A stretch of 35,623 nucleotides of DNA from Candidatus Krumholzibacteriota bacterium (GCA_039714075.1 JBDLKA010000030.1:1-35623), one strand, 5' to 3'; shown: positions 1-9,378, counted from the first letter of the stretch. The notes: generated by a model not told the origin, from the letters alone. Translations and numbers: made by a program.

Positions 1-2
1 TC

Positions 3-3000
3 GTCATTCCCACTCCCCTGCTGCTGGGCGCTCCGGTCACGACGAGTGACTACATGGCGTTCCCCAAGGGCGGCGTGGATTCCCGCGTCGGCGCCCCGGT
101 GATCGACGGCTCCGGCGGCCCGGACAACTTCGGTTACCGCTGGACCGACAGCAACGATCCCTTCGGGCCGACCTTCGCCTGGATGGACATCTCGGGCATG
201 GGCTCGGTGGCCATGTCGTCGGGTGACGACGTTACCGCCGGACCGTTTGCCATCGGTTTCGATTTCCCCTTCTATGGTGGGGATTTCAACCAGTTCAACG
301 TGTGTTCGAACGGGTTCATCAGCCTGACGACGGGCGCCACGGACTACAACAACCAGCCGTTGCCCTCGCCCGGCGCGCCGAGCCATCTCATCGCCCCGTT
401 CTGGGACGATCTGATTGTCGACGCCGGGACTGTCTACTACTACAACGACGGTTCCCGGATGATCGTACAGTGGGAAGGCGTTTCCCACTACGGCAGCGGC
501 GGACCCTACTCGTTCCAGGCCCTCATCTATCCTGACGGGACCATCGAGTACCAGTACAACACGATGGGTGTTCCGACAGATGAGTGCACCGTGGGTATCC
601 AGAACGGCGGCGGGACCGACGGTCTGGGTGTGGCCTTCAACACCGCCTACGTGGCCGACGGCCTGGCCGTGCAGATCCGCGCCATGCCCCAGTGGCTTTC
701 CGTGGCGCCTGCCGACGGCACCGTCTGGGCCCCGGGCAGCACCGACCTGGATGTGACCTTCGACGCCACCGGCCTGGTCGGCGGCACCTATGACGGGATC
801 ATCCGCGTCATCAGCAACGATCCGGACGAAGGCGAATACGAAGTTCCCGTGCAGCTGGTCGTGACCGGCGCGCCGGACATTTCCGTCACTCCGCTGTCCC
901 ATGACTTCGGCGATCTGTTCCTGGGCGCCACGGCCCAGACGACCGTCATGGTCCGGAACATCGGCACGGATGTCCTGAACGTTTCCGGCATCACTTCGGG
1001 TGATCCGGCGATCTTCGCCATCGACGTCTCCTCGGCGATCCTGCCCCCGGGCGGGAGCCAGGCCGTGACCGTAACCTTCACGCCGGCCATGGCGCAGTAC
1101 TACAGTACCATGCTGACGATCACCAGCGACGACGTCGACGAGCCGTCGGTGATGGTCGATCTGGCCGGGACGGGCCTCGAACCCCCCGACTTCGACGTGA
1201 CGCCGACCTCCCTGGTCAGCAATCTTTACACCGGGGAATCCGAGAGCCAGGAGCTGCTCCTGACCAACTCCGGCGGCGCCGATTTCGAGTTCAACCTGAG
1301 CGTCGACTTCCATGCCGACGTGACGGTCCATGAATATGTCGAAGTGGGCAAGGAAAGCATCGACGCCCGTATCGGCGATCCGGTGCTGCTGGGTTCCGGC
1401 GGTCCGGATATCTACGGTTACCGCTGGGTCGACAACAACGATCCGGGCGGACCGACCTACAACTTCACCGATATCTCGACCACCGGAACGCCGGTGTTCT
1501 CGGGAACGGCGGATGACACGAATGAAGGTCCGTTCCCGATCGGCTTCGGCTTCAACTTCTACGGAACCACCTTCAACGAGTTCAACGTGTGCTCGAACGG
1601 CTTCATCAGCTTCACTTCGACGAGCACTTCGTACTCCAACCAGCTGCTGCCCAACAGCGGCGCGCCGGAGAACCTGATCGCGCCCTTCTGGGATGATCTG
1701 CGCGTCAACACCAGCACCGGCGCCAACGTGTTCTACGAATACGACGGCTCCAGGCTGATCGTGCAGTACCACCGGGTGCCGGCGTATTACGCCACCGGTG
1801 AGCACACCTTCCAGGTGATTCTCTACCCGGACGGCACGATTCTCTACCAGTACGAAACGATGGACAGCACCGATCTGCAGCTGTGCACCGTCGGCATCCA
1901 GAACGGGACGAAGGACGACGGTCTGACCGTGGCCTTCAACACCCCGTACGTGGCCGACGGCCTGGCCGTGCGTTTCCAGGCGTTCCCCGAGTGGTTGACC
2001 GTCAACCCGCAGTCGGGTGTCGTGCCTCCCGGCGGTTCGCTGCCTGTCGCGGCCAACTTCAACGCCGCCGGCATGTTCGGTGGCCAGTATCTGGCCGACA
2101 TCGTGATCGACAGTAATGATCCCGCGGTTCCCACGCTTCCGGTCCCGGCGACATTGAACGTCACCGGCGCCCCGGATATGGCGTTGTCGCCCGAGTCCTT
2201 CGACTTCGGCGTCAACTTCGTCGGTACGCCGACCCTGCAGAACCTGGTGATCAACAACCTCGGGACCGATGATCTGGTCATTTCGTCGGTCAGCATCGAT
2301 AATGCTGACTTCAATACCTCGCTGACTGCTCCAGCGACCCTGGGTGCCACGGAGACCCTGGTCGTCACGGTGGGCTTCAACGCCTCGGCTGTGGGAGCCC
2401 AGAGCGGGGTGCTGACCATTGTCAGCAACGATCCGTCAACTCCGACCTTCGAAATTCCCCTGGCGGGTGAAGGCGTCCTGCCGCCGGCCGCATCGGTGGA
2501 TCCGACGGCCTTGGCCTCGGACCTGTTCACCGGGGAATCCGAAAACCAGACCGTCACCTTGTCCAACACGGGTGACAGCGACCTGAACTTCACCGCCCAG
2601 ACCCTGCTGGGTGCGGCGGAGGTCGTGGTTCACGCTGCTCTGGATCTCGGCAAGGAGGAAGTGGACCCGCGTCCGGGTATCCTGGGTTCGGGCGGTCCCG
2701 ATATCTACGGCTATCGCTGGAAGGACAGCGATGAGCCTGACGGACCGATCTTCGACTGGGTCGACATCAGCGGGACCGGTACTCCGGCCTTCACCAGCTA
2801 CTCGGACGACCGGAACTCCGGTCCGTTTGAAATCGGTTTCGCGTTCCCGTTCTACGGAACGCCGTTCTCCGAATTCCGGGTTTGCTCAAACGGTTGGATT
2901 AGTTTCACCAGCACTTCGACGGACCTGTCCAACGGCCCGCTGCCGGGCACCGGGGCTCCCGAGAATCTGCTGGCGATGTTCCACGACGACCTGAAGGTCG

Positions 3001-5696
3001 ACCCCACCGGTGTCGGCAGCAACGTCTACTACCAGAATGACGGCGCCAAGCTGATCATCCAGTACGACGGCGTCATGCGCTACGGATCGGGCGGGCCCTA
3101 CACGTTCCAGGCCCACCTGTATCCCACAGGCGCAATCTACTACTACTACCTGTCCATGCAGGGGAGTCGTCTGGACGAAGCCACCATCGGCATCCAGAAC
3201 GCCACCCGGGATGACGGGTTGACGGTGGTCTACAACGACGTCTACGTGCACGACAATCTGGCCATCCGGATTGCCCCGGTCAGCGACTGGCTGGTTGTCA
3301 GCCCGAACGCCGGCACCGTGCCCGCGGGCGGCAGCATGCCCCTGGACGTGACCTTCAGCGCTGCCGGAATGTTCGGCGGAGTCTATGAAGGCGCCGTGCT
3401 GATCACCAACAACGATCCGGTCAACGGCCTGATCGAAGTGCCCGCCGTCATGACGGTCACCGGAGTTCCCGTGGCGGCGGTCGATCCCGCGGCCCTGGAC
3501 TTCGGCGAGGTCTTCATCGGCTACGACAATCAACTGCAGATGACTGTCAGCAACGCCGGGACGGATGTCCTGATGGTCACGGGCATCACGGCGGGATCGG
3601 GTGACTACTCGGCTTCCCCGTCGGTGTTCGACCTGGATCCGTTCGCGGAGCAAGTGGTCACGGTGACCTTCGCGCCCAGCGCCGTAGGCGTGGTCGCCTC
3701 CGATCTGCAGATCGTCAGCAACGACGCCAATTCGCCGCTGATCGTTTCGGTCACGGGCGTCGGCGTCGTCCCGCCGGACGCCAACTGGACACCTGATCCG
3801 GTGATCGGTGTCGCCATGCCTGGCGGAACCGACGTCGAAACGTTGACCCTGTGCAACGACGGCGGCAGCGACCTGATCTGGAGCCTGAACGGTTCCGAGA
3901 GCATGGCCGCGAACATGGTCCAGTATCCTGAAGTCCTGTTCGGCAAGGAGGAAGAGGACACCCGACCCGGCATCCTGGGTTCCGGTGGTCCCGACACCTT
4001 CGGCCACACCTGGATCGACAGCGATGATCCGGGCGGACCGGCCTTCATGTGGACGGACATCAGCGGCACCGGTACGCCGATCTTCGGCCAGTACGAGGAC
4101 GACGACAACTACGGTCCGCAGCCGATCGGTTTCGACTTCGGCTTCTACGGCAATACGTTCAGCGAGTTCTACGTGTGTTCGAACGGCTGGCTCAGCTTCA
4201 CGAACAGCACCCTGCGTACGTATTCCAACCAGCCGTTGCCCAACGGCGGGTCGAGCACCCCGGAAAACCTGATCGCCCCGTTCTGGGACGACATGGTTGT
4301 CGATCCGATCACCCGCGGTCTGGAAGTCTACTACCAGTACGACGGCGAGAAGCTGATCGTCCAGTACGACATCCGTCGTATCGCGACCTTCAACCCGCCG
4401 TACTACAGCTTCCAGGTGCTGCTGTATCCCAACGGCGACATCATGTTCCAGTACGACACCCTGGGGACCAGCACCACCAGCGCCACCATCGGTATCCAGA
4501 ACGGTACCAAGGATGACGGGCTGATGATGGTCTACAACGATTCGTACGTGCACGAGGACATGGCGATCCTGATCACTTCGGCGCCAGGCTGGCTGTCGGT
4601 CGGCACCGAGAGCGGCGTCCTGCCTCCGGGCGAGTGCGTCGATATCGACGTGGTTATGGATGCCTCGGCTCTCGAAGCGGGCGACTACTTCGGGACGTTG
4701 ACGATGACCAGCAACGATCCGGCCGACCCGACCAAGACCATGGACGTGATCTTCCACGTCGGTACGGTTATGGCGGCCGATTCGGACATCGAACCCAACA
4801 CCCTGAACCTCGCCAACAACGGCAAGTACATGGCCTGCTACGTCGAGTTGCCGGTCGAGTACGACCCCGCGGACGTGGTGCTTGAAACCGTCATGTTCAA
4901 CGGCGTGGTCCTGGCCGACGACAAGTTCTTCGTCTACGACGGGGACTTCAACGGCAACGGTATCCCCGACCTGATGTTCAAGTTCTCCCGTTCGGAGATC
5001 GAGGGCATCCTCGAGGAGGGTGAAGAGGTCGAAGTGACGGTCACCGGTGAAATCAGGGACACGATCTATTTCGTGGCCACCGATATCATCCGGGTGATCA
5101 ACCCGACCATGGTTGCGCCCAACGGCGGCGAGTTTGTCGCGGCAGGTGCTCCCTTCCAGCTGGTCTGGAACAACCCGTCCGAATGGAACGTGGACCACTC
5201 AGACCTGGTCTACACCATTGACGGCGGCGAGAACTGGATCGAGATCGCCTCGGGCGTCACGGGCGACACCTACGCCTGGACCACTCCGGTTCTTGCTTCG
5301 GATCAGGTCAAGGTCCGGGTGTTCGTCTACGACAACCAGGGAATGCTGGGCTTCGACTCCAGCGACGAGTTCTTCACCTTGAGCAGCGGGGCCACTCCGG
5401 TGGAACCGAGCATGCCTCTGGTCTACGCTTTGGGGCAGAACTTCCCCAATCCGTTCAACCCGAAGACCGAAATCCGGTTCGAACTGCCGCACGCGAAGAA
5501 TACGCGGTTGCGCATCTATGACCTCAGGGGACGCCTGGTCAAGGACCTCGTCTCCGGTCACATGGATGCCGGTCGTCACAGCGTCGTGTGGATGGGACGG
5601 GATAACGGCGGACGGCAGGTCGCGTCCGGCGTGTACTACTACAAGATCGATTCCGGGACATTCAGCGAAGTCAAGCGGATGACCCTGGTCAAATAG
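3..5696 (+). CDS. Giant secreted/surface repeat protein, 5'-truncated. At least 4 NIDO-like modules alternate with Ig-like (ASH/choice-of-anchor D/BACON-like) domains; C-terminal FlgD-Ig (T9SS-like) domain
   Basis: Frame is open from the window start (VIPTPLLLGAPVTTSDYM...). GSGGPD..GY.W.D motifs start at 108, 1392, 2685 and 3978, followed by xCSNG(F/W)xS and mostly IAPFWDD. Repeated SNDP Ig strands. C-terminus NFPNPFNPKTEIRF...IYDLRGRLV...GVYYY...MTLVK. Confidence 0.85.
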   Translation, partial: VIPTPLLLGAPVTTSDYMAFPKGGVDSRVGAPVIDGSGGPDNFGYRWTDSNDPFGPTFAWMDISGMGSVAMSSGDDVTAGPFAIGFDFPFYGGDFNQFNVCSNGFISLTTGATDYNNQPLPSPGAPSHLIAPFWDDLIVDAGTVYYYNDGSRMIVQWEGVSHYGSGGPYSFQALIYPDGTIEYQYNTMGVPTDECTVGIQNGGGTDGLGVAFNTAYVADGLAVQIRAMPQWLSVAPADGTVWAPGSTDLDVTFDATGLVGGTYDGIIRVISNDPDEGEYEVPVQLVVTGAPDISVTPLSHDFGDLFLGATAQTTVMVRNIGTDVLNVSGITSGDPAIFAIDVSSAILPPGGSQAVTVTFTPAMAQYYSTMLTITSDDVDEPSVMVDLAGTGLEPPDFDVTPTSLVSNLYTGESESQELLLTNSGGADFEFNLSVDFHADVTVHEYVEVGKESIDARIGDPVLLGSGGPDIYGYRWVDNNDPGGPTYNFTDISTTGTPVFSGTADDTNEGPFPIGFGFNFYGTTFNEFNVCSNGFISFTSTSTSYSNQLLPNSGAPENLIAPFWDDLRVNTSTGANVFYEYDGSRLIVQYHRVPAYYATGEHTFQVILYPDGTILYQYETMDSTDLQLCTVGIQNGTKDDGLTVAFNTPYVADGLAVRFQAFPEWLTVNPQSGVVPPGGSLPVAANFNAAGMFGGQYLADIVIDSNDPAVPTLPVPATLNVTGAPDMALSPESFDFGVNFVGTPTLQNLVINNLGTDDLVISSVSIDNADFNTSLTAPATLGATETLVVTVGFNASAVGAQSGVLTIVSNDPSTPTFEIPLAGEGVLPPAASVDPTALASDLFTGESENQTVTLSNTGDSDLNFTAQTLLGAAEVVVHAALDLGKEEVDPRPGILGSGGPDIYGYRWKDSDEPDGPIFDWVDISGTGTPAFTSYSDDRNSGPFEIGFAFPFYGTPFSEFRVCSNGWISFTSTSTDLSNGPLPGTGAPENLLAMFHDDLKVDPTGVGSNVYYQNDGAKLIIQYDGVMRYGSGGPYTFQAHLYPTGAIYYYYLSMQGSRLDEATIGIQNATRDDGLTVVYNDVYVHDNLAIRIAPVSDWLVVSPNAGTVPAGGSMPLDVTFSAAGMFGGVYEGAVLITNNDPVNGLIEVPAVMTVTGVPVAAVDPAALDFGEVFIGYDNQLQMTVSNAGTDVLMVTGITAGSGDYSASPSVFDLDPFAEQVVTVTFAPSAVGVVASDLQIVSNDANSPLIVSVTGVGVVPPDANWTPDPVIGVAMPGGTDVETLTLCNDGGSDLIWSLNGSESMAANMVQYPEVLFGKEEEDTRPGILGSGGPDTFGHTWIDSDDPGGPAFMWTDISGTGTPIFGQYEDDDNYGPQPIGFDFGFYGNTFSEFYVCSNGWLSFTNSTLRTYSNQPLPNGGSSTPENLIAPFWDDMVVDPITRGLEVYYQYDGEKLIVQYDIRRIATFNPPYYSFQVLLYPNGDIMFQYDTLGTSTTSATIGIQNGTKDDGLMMVYNDSYVHEDMAILITSAPGWLSVGTESGVLPPGECVDIDVVMDASALEAGDYFGTLTMTSNDPADPTKTMDVIFHVGTVMAADSDIEPNTLNLANNGKYMACYVELPVEYDPADVVLETVMFNGVVLADDKFFVYDGDFNGNGIPDLMFKFSRSEIEGILEEGEEVEVTVTGEIRDTIYFVATDIIRVINPTMVAPNGGEFVAAGAPFQLVWNNPSEWNVDHSDLVYTIDGGENWIEIASGVTGDTYAWTTPVLASDQVKVRVFVYDNQGMLGFDSSDEFFTLSSGATPVEPSMPLVYALGQNFPNPFNPKTEIRFELPHAKNTRLRIYDLRGRLVKDLVSGHMDAGRHSVVWMGRDNGGRQVASGVYYYKIDSGTFSEVKRMTLVK

Positions 5697-5711
5697 CTTT
5701 ACAAACGAGGC

Positions 5712-5737
5712 CCGGCGGGATTTTGCGATCCCGCCGG
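5712..5737. other. GC-rich hairpin downstream of the giant gene
   Basis: CCGGCGGGAT-TTTGCG-ATCCCGCCGG, perfect 10-bp stem, no U tract. Confidence 0.5.
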
Positions 5738-5757
5738 AGCCCCGGCAAACCGAAAGG

Positions 5758-5787
5758 AAAAAGGGCGCTCGAAAGAGCGCCCTTTTT
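5758..5787. terminator. Bidirectional intrinsic terminator
   Basis: AAAAAGGGCGCTC-GAAA-GAGCGCCCTTTTT between convergent genes, with a T run on each strand. Confidence 0.9.
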
Positions 5788-5843
5788 ATTTATCGATGAT
5801 GTCGGTCGACCTGGCGGCCGCCTGTACGTCGCCTATTGATCGC

Positions 5844-6023
5844 TTATTCGTCCACCATGTTGATGGCGTCTTCGGGGCAGGCGTCGATGCAGGCTTCGCA
5901 GTCGATGCACTCTTCGGCATTGACCAAGGCTTTGCTTTCAACCATGGAGATGACTTCGGTGGGGCAGGATTCCACGCATTCTTCACACGCGGTGCACAGG
6001 TTCTTGTCGACTAATGCGGGCAT
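5844..6023 (-). CDS. 2[4Fe-4S] dicluster ferredoxin (59 aa)
   Basis: Manual translation MPALVDKNLCTACEECVESCPTEVISMVESKALVNAEECIDCEACIDACPEDAINMVDE*. Two CxxCxxCxxxCP motifs and an AGGAGG RBS upstream of the ATG. Not in the ORF track. Confidence 0.95.
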   Translation of the reverse strand: MPALVDKNLCTACEECVESCPTEVISMVESKALVNAEECIDCEACIDACPEDAINMVDE

Positions 6024-6092
6024 TGCTCATCCTCCTGAGGACATCGAAATATCAGGCGCCGGGGGCCGCACAAAGCGGCATAGAACTATTGA

Positions 6093-6120
6093 AAAGTAAC
6101 CTTTGATCCTCTTTTGTCAA
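6093..6120 (-). promoter_or_regulatory. Candidate sigma70 promoter of the ferredoxin gene
   Basis: Minus strand TTGACA (6120-6115), 16 nt, TACTTT (6098-6093) in an AT-rich intergenic region. Confidence 0.45.
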
Positions 6121-6201
6121 ATTGGTGTTGAATGTCAATATCAGAGATAACTGGCTATATTCACAAGGGATTGAGAAGAAATCGTTGAACTGTTGCAAAG
6201 T

Positions 6202-6639
6202 TTATTTTCGAAATAACCGGTCCAGGCCGAACCCGGGATTCCTGGCCAGCAGGGGCGGCAGGCAAAGCAGCAGCAGGATTCCGTCCCGCCACAGCAGATC
6301 GATCCCCACGGCGTGACCGCCATCGGTGTTGAAGCACCCGCAGGAGATATCCAGATTCCGGATCAGGGCCGACGTGATGGCGGCCATGAAAACCACGGTC
6401 ATGGCGGCGGCCAGCAGCGCCGCGCCCCGGCGCCCGATACCCAGCACCAGGGCGGAACCGGTCACGATTTCCACCACCGGCAGCAGATGGGCGAAAAAAT
6501 GAAGCAGGGGATAGGGGACGATGCGGTAGTGACTGATGGCGACGGCGAAGGCCTGGGGGTGGCCCAGCTTGTCCAGGGAGGCGTAGATGAAAATACCGCC
6601 GACAAACAACCTGCAGGCAAGGACCAGGATTCCCTTCAT
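6202..6639 (-). CDS. MauE/DoxX-family membrane protein
   Basis: RLFVGGIFIYASLDK..P..FA.AI..Y, LPVVEIVTG and the LDISCGCF motif; about 4 hydrophobic helices. ATGA overlap with the upstream gene. Confidence 0.85.
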   Translation of the reverse strand: MKGILVLACRLFVGGIFIYASLDKLGHPQAFAVAISHYRIVPYPLLHFFAHLLPVVEIVTGSALVLGIGRRGAALLAAAMTVVFMAAITSALIRNLDISCGCFNTDGGHAVGIDLLWRDGILLLLCLPPLLARNPGFGLDRLFRK

Positions 6640-7154
6640 GACTCGTCTCCGGTCCGGTGGGAGATTTCGCCCCCGGCTGTGCGCCAGGCGGTCAAACCGC
6701 CCTTGAGGATGAACACGTTGTCGTAGCCGCGTTCCATCAGCCGCGCGGCGACATCCGAGACGGGCAGCAGGTTCCCGTCTCCGAACAGGATGAAGTGGTC
6801 CTCGGGACCCATGAAGTCGAAGTACCCGAGCAGGTCGTCGTCGAAGGTTTCGGCGCGGATGAGGAAGGCCCCCGGAATGGTTGCCTCTCCCGTTTCGACG
6901 GCGGAGCGGGCATCGACGAAGAGGTATTCCCCTTCAGCGAACAACTCCAGGGCCTGTTCGGTCCCGATCAGGGGGGCGGCCAGTTCCAGCTCATACCCGG
7001 TCGAATCGGCCGTCAGGGGGAGTCCGTCGCTGCGCAGGATCCAGGAAACCCCGGTGACCAGGACGGCAACCAGCAGCAGCAGGCCGGCTTCCCGCAGGGA
7101 GGCCGGCCACCAGGTTCCCGCCGGTGCGGGGGAGGAAGAGGGCGCCGAAAGCAT
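6636..7154 (-). CDS. Membrane-anchored rhodanese-like domain protein lacking the catalytic Cys
   Basis: N-terminal TM segment; FVDARS, IPGAF and GY.NV.ILKGG..AW rhodanese motifs; no cysteine anywhere in the protein. Confidence 0.8.
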   Translation of the reverse strand: MLSAPSSSPAPAGTWWPASLREAGLLLLVAVLVTGVSWILRSDGLPLTADSTGYELELAAPLIGTEQALELFAEGEYLFVDARSAVETGEATIPGAFLIRAETFDDDLLGYFDFMGPEDHFILFGDGNLLPVSDVAARLMERGYDNVFILKGGLTAWRTAGGEISHRTGDES

Positions 7155-7160
7155 CGCTGT

Positions 7161-8174
7161 CTACAACCGGACCATATAGGTCACCGGAATAATGATGGTC
7201 GGCGTGTCCGGCTGGTCGGTATGAATGGTCAGGGTCCCCTTGATGTGGCCTTTGGTCTTCTGGGCGCGCGGATCGTCGCTGCTGATCGGTTTGCCCGTCA
7301 GGATGACCTTGGTCTCCTGGTTGGGAATGGTTTCCATGACCTCGACGGAAATCTCGGGCAGATCGATATCGGCGCCGGTGACCTTGAATTCCGTGCCCTT
7401 CTCGAATGGGGAGACGCGGATGGTCTGCCGGAAATCCTTCTTGTAGCGGAAGCTGACCTGTTCCGGGCTGCAGATCAGGTTCTGCACGACCCAGGCCTGC
7501 ATTTCGATATCCACGGTCGCCATGTCCTCGACGTTGGTCTTGACCCGCACGTGATCGCGGTGACGCCCCGGTTTCATGTCCGCCGGAACCGTGATCTCCA
7601 GGAGGGATACCTGGGGGTTGCCGTCATGATTGTCGATGGTCTTGACCTGGAACAGGCCTTTGCGCGTCTTGGCGGCCTGGATCTCCAGATCGGGGGCGTC
7701 CACGGCGGTGAAGGTGACATTCTTGGAATGGACCTCGCCCTGGATCGAACGGGTAAACCCGACCCGCTGGTTGACCGGGTCGATGATCAGCGGCGTGTGG
7801 ACGGTGGCCCTGATCATGACGTCGACCTGCGGATTGACCGGGTCGTTCGAGATGATGTTGACGGTCTTGTACACCGTGCCGTTGAATTTCTTGCTGTTGA
7901 ACGTGATCTCGATCTGGGTGGATTCCCCCGGCGCGAGCGTATTGTTGGTCAGGGTCGGCACGGTGCAGCCGCAGTCGGCCTTCACGTCCTTGATCTGGAG
8001 CTGGCCAGCCCCGTCATTGGTGACCGTCACGATGCCGATCTTGGTCTCCTGCTGTTTCATGTCCCCGAAATCGAAGCTCTGGGGATCGATGGAAATGACC
8101 TGCGCCGCCGCGGGGGCCGTCAGCAGGGCCGTGGCCGTCAGGATGAGAAAGAAGGAAGCGGTCGCGTTTCGCAT
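7161..8174 (-). CDS. DUF1573-domain secreted protein (Ig-like)
   Basis: Signal peptide MRNATASFFLILTATALLTAPAAA. FDFGD...TNDGAGQLQIKDVKADCGCT...LAPGES is typical of DUF1573. Start moved to ATG 8174 because the upstream part of the 716-aa ORF is the antisense shadow of the K+ channel gene. Confidence 0.8.
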   Translation of the reverse strand: MRNATASFFLILTATALLTAPAAAQVISIDPQSFDFGDMKQQETKIGIVTVTNDGAGQLQIKDVKADCGCTVPTLTNNTLAPGESTQIEITFNSKKFNGTVYKTVNIISNDPVNPQVDVMIRATVHTPLIIDPVNQRVGFTRSIQGEVHSKNVTFTAVDAPDLEIQAAKTRKGLFQVKTIDNHDGNPQVSLLEITVPADMKPGRHRDHVRVKTNVEDMATVDIEMQAWVVQNLICSPEQVSFRYKKDFRQTIRVSPFEKGTEFKVTGADIDLPEISVEVMETIPNQETKVILTGKPISSDDPRAQKTKGHIKGTLTIHTDQPDTPTIIIPVTYMVRL

Positions 8175-8321
8175 GGGAAACCTGCCTGGGTTTGTCGATA
8201 GGGTTGATTGTCCATCCGGGTTCCGTAAAAACCGGGTGGGCCTGTCAGGTTCCCCCCAATTTTGCTCCTTTTCCTCCCGGTGGCAAGCCTTTAGGATACA
8301 GGCAGAAGGTATGGAGGCGTC

Positions 8322-9341
8322 ATGTTCGATTCCAGATTGAGTTTCCGCAGCGTGATCAGGGGGTTGATCTTCCTGGTCCTGGTGCTGGCCGCCGGTACGC
8401 TCTGGCTTTATTTCATGGAGGGATTCACCCTCCTGGACGGGCTGTACATGACGGTTATCACCGTGAGCACGGTCGGGTTTCGCGAGGTCCATAAACTGGA
8501 CGGTTCGGGCAAGATTTTCGTGGTTGTTCTTATCGCCAGCGGCTTGGCCGTGATGACCTACACCCTGGGGTCGCTGGGGCGGGTCATCGTGGAGGGGTCC
8601 ATCCAGCGCTATGTCGGGAGGAAACGGATGCTGCGGGAAATCGAAAATCTCAGTAAACACTACATCGTTTGCGGCCATGGGCGGATGGGACAGATCCTGT
8701 GCGAGGAACTTGTCAAGGAAATGGTCCCCTTCGTGGTGATCGAGGGCGATCCGGAGTGCGCCGAGGGCCTCATTGAAAAGGGGTTCATGGTGGTCGAGGG
8801 GGACGCCACCGAAGATGCCATCCTGCGCAAGGCCGGCGTCATGCGGGCCCGGGGCCTGGTGGCCGTCGTTTCCAGCAACGTGGACAATCTCTACATCACC
8901 CTGTCGGCACGGGTGATCTGCCGGGAGGAAAATCCCGGCCTGTATATCCTGTCCCGGGCCACCGATCGCCAGGCCAGTGAAAAGATAGAGCGGGCGGGGG
9001 CCGACAGGGTCGTTTCGCCCTACGAGATCGGGGGCATGAGGATCGTCCAGGCCTTGTTGCGGCCCACCGTGAGTGATTTCCTGGAAATCGCGACGCAGAC
9101 CGGCGACCTGGATCTGATGTTCGAGGAACTGGCCGTCGGCGGCGATTCCTCCCTGGACGGGGTCGCGCTCAAGGATTCGGGGATCCGCAAGAGCTATGAC
9201 GTGGTGGTCATCGCCATCAAGAAAAGGACCGGGGACATGGTGTTCAATCCCGGGCCCGAAGCCGTTCTGCACAACGGGGACATGCTGGTCACCCTCGGCG
9301 ACAAGGATCAACTCGATCGCCTGGCCGCGACCCTGGTCTGA
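8322..9341 (+). CDS. Potassium channel protein (2-TM pore plus TrkA-N/TrkA-C RCK domains)
   Basis: Pore ITVSTVGF; HYIVCGHGRMG Rossmann motif; GDAT and AGADRVVSP; C-terminal TrkA-C domain; GGAGG RBS. Confidence 0.92.
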   Translation: MFDSRLSFRSVIRGLIFLVLVLAAGTLWLYFMEGFTLLDGLYMTVITVSTVGFREVHKLDGSGKIFVVVLIASGLAVMTYTLGSLGRVIVEGSIQRYVGRKRMLREIENLSKHYIVCGHGRMGQILCEELVKEMVPFVVIEGDPECAEGLIEKGFMVVEGDATEDAILRKAGVMRARGLVAVVSSNVDNLYITLSARVICREENPGLYILSRATDRQASEKIERAGADRVVSPYEIGGMRIVQALLRPTVSDFLEIATQTGDLDLMFEELAVGGDSSLDGVALKDSGIRKSYDVVVIAIKKRTGDMVFNPGPEAVLHNGDMLVTLGDKDQLDRLAATLV

Positions 9342-9378
9342 ATCAGGGCCGTTGCGGCCTGGCCGCCGAGGGATCCGG

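Noticed and set aside
108..4600. Tandem repeats as a CRISPR array or a DGR template/variable repeat pair
   Set aside because: These are in-frame diverged protein-domain repeats about 1.29 kb apart. There is no spacer structure, reverse transcriptase or cas gene in the window.
2886..5198. 770-aa minus-strand ORF, and similar long antisense ORFs (6657-8201, 11322-12998, 14165-16768, 25617-27089, 33643-34794)
   Set aside because: Antisense shadows of real genes caused by high GC3. They show no recognisable motifs and are largely or fully overlapped by well-supported CDSs.
5786..6099. Three short ORF calls (66, 72 and 87 aa)
   Set aside because: Off-frame or antisense to the ferredoxin at 5844-6023, which has the RBS and the Cys motifs.
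6103..6120. TTGAT...GTCAA as an FNR/CRP-type box
   Set aside because: The spacer is 8 nt rather than 4.
6150..6167. TTCACAA half-site as a possible Rex box upstream of the ferredoxin
   Set aside because: The left half (AACTGGC) does not match TTGTGAA; only one half-site is present.
8175..9311. N-terminal extension of the 716-aa ORF
   Set aside because: Antisense to the K+ channel gene. The real DUF1573 protein starts with a signal peptide at 8174.
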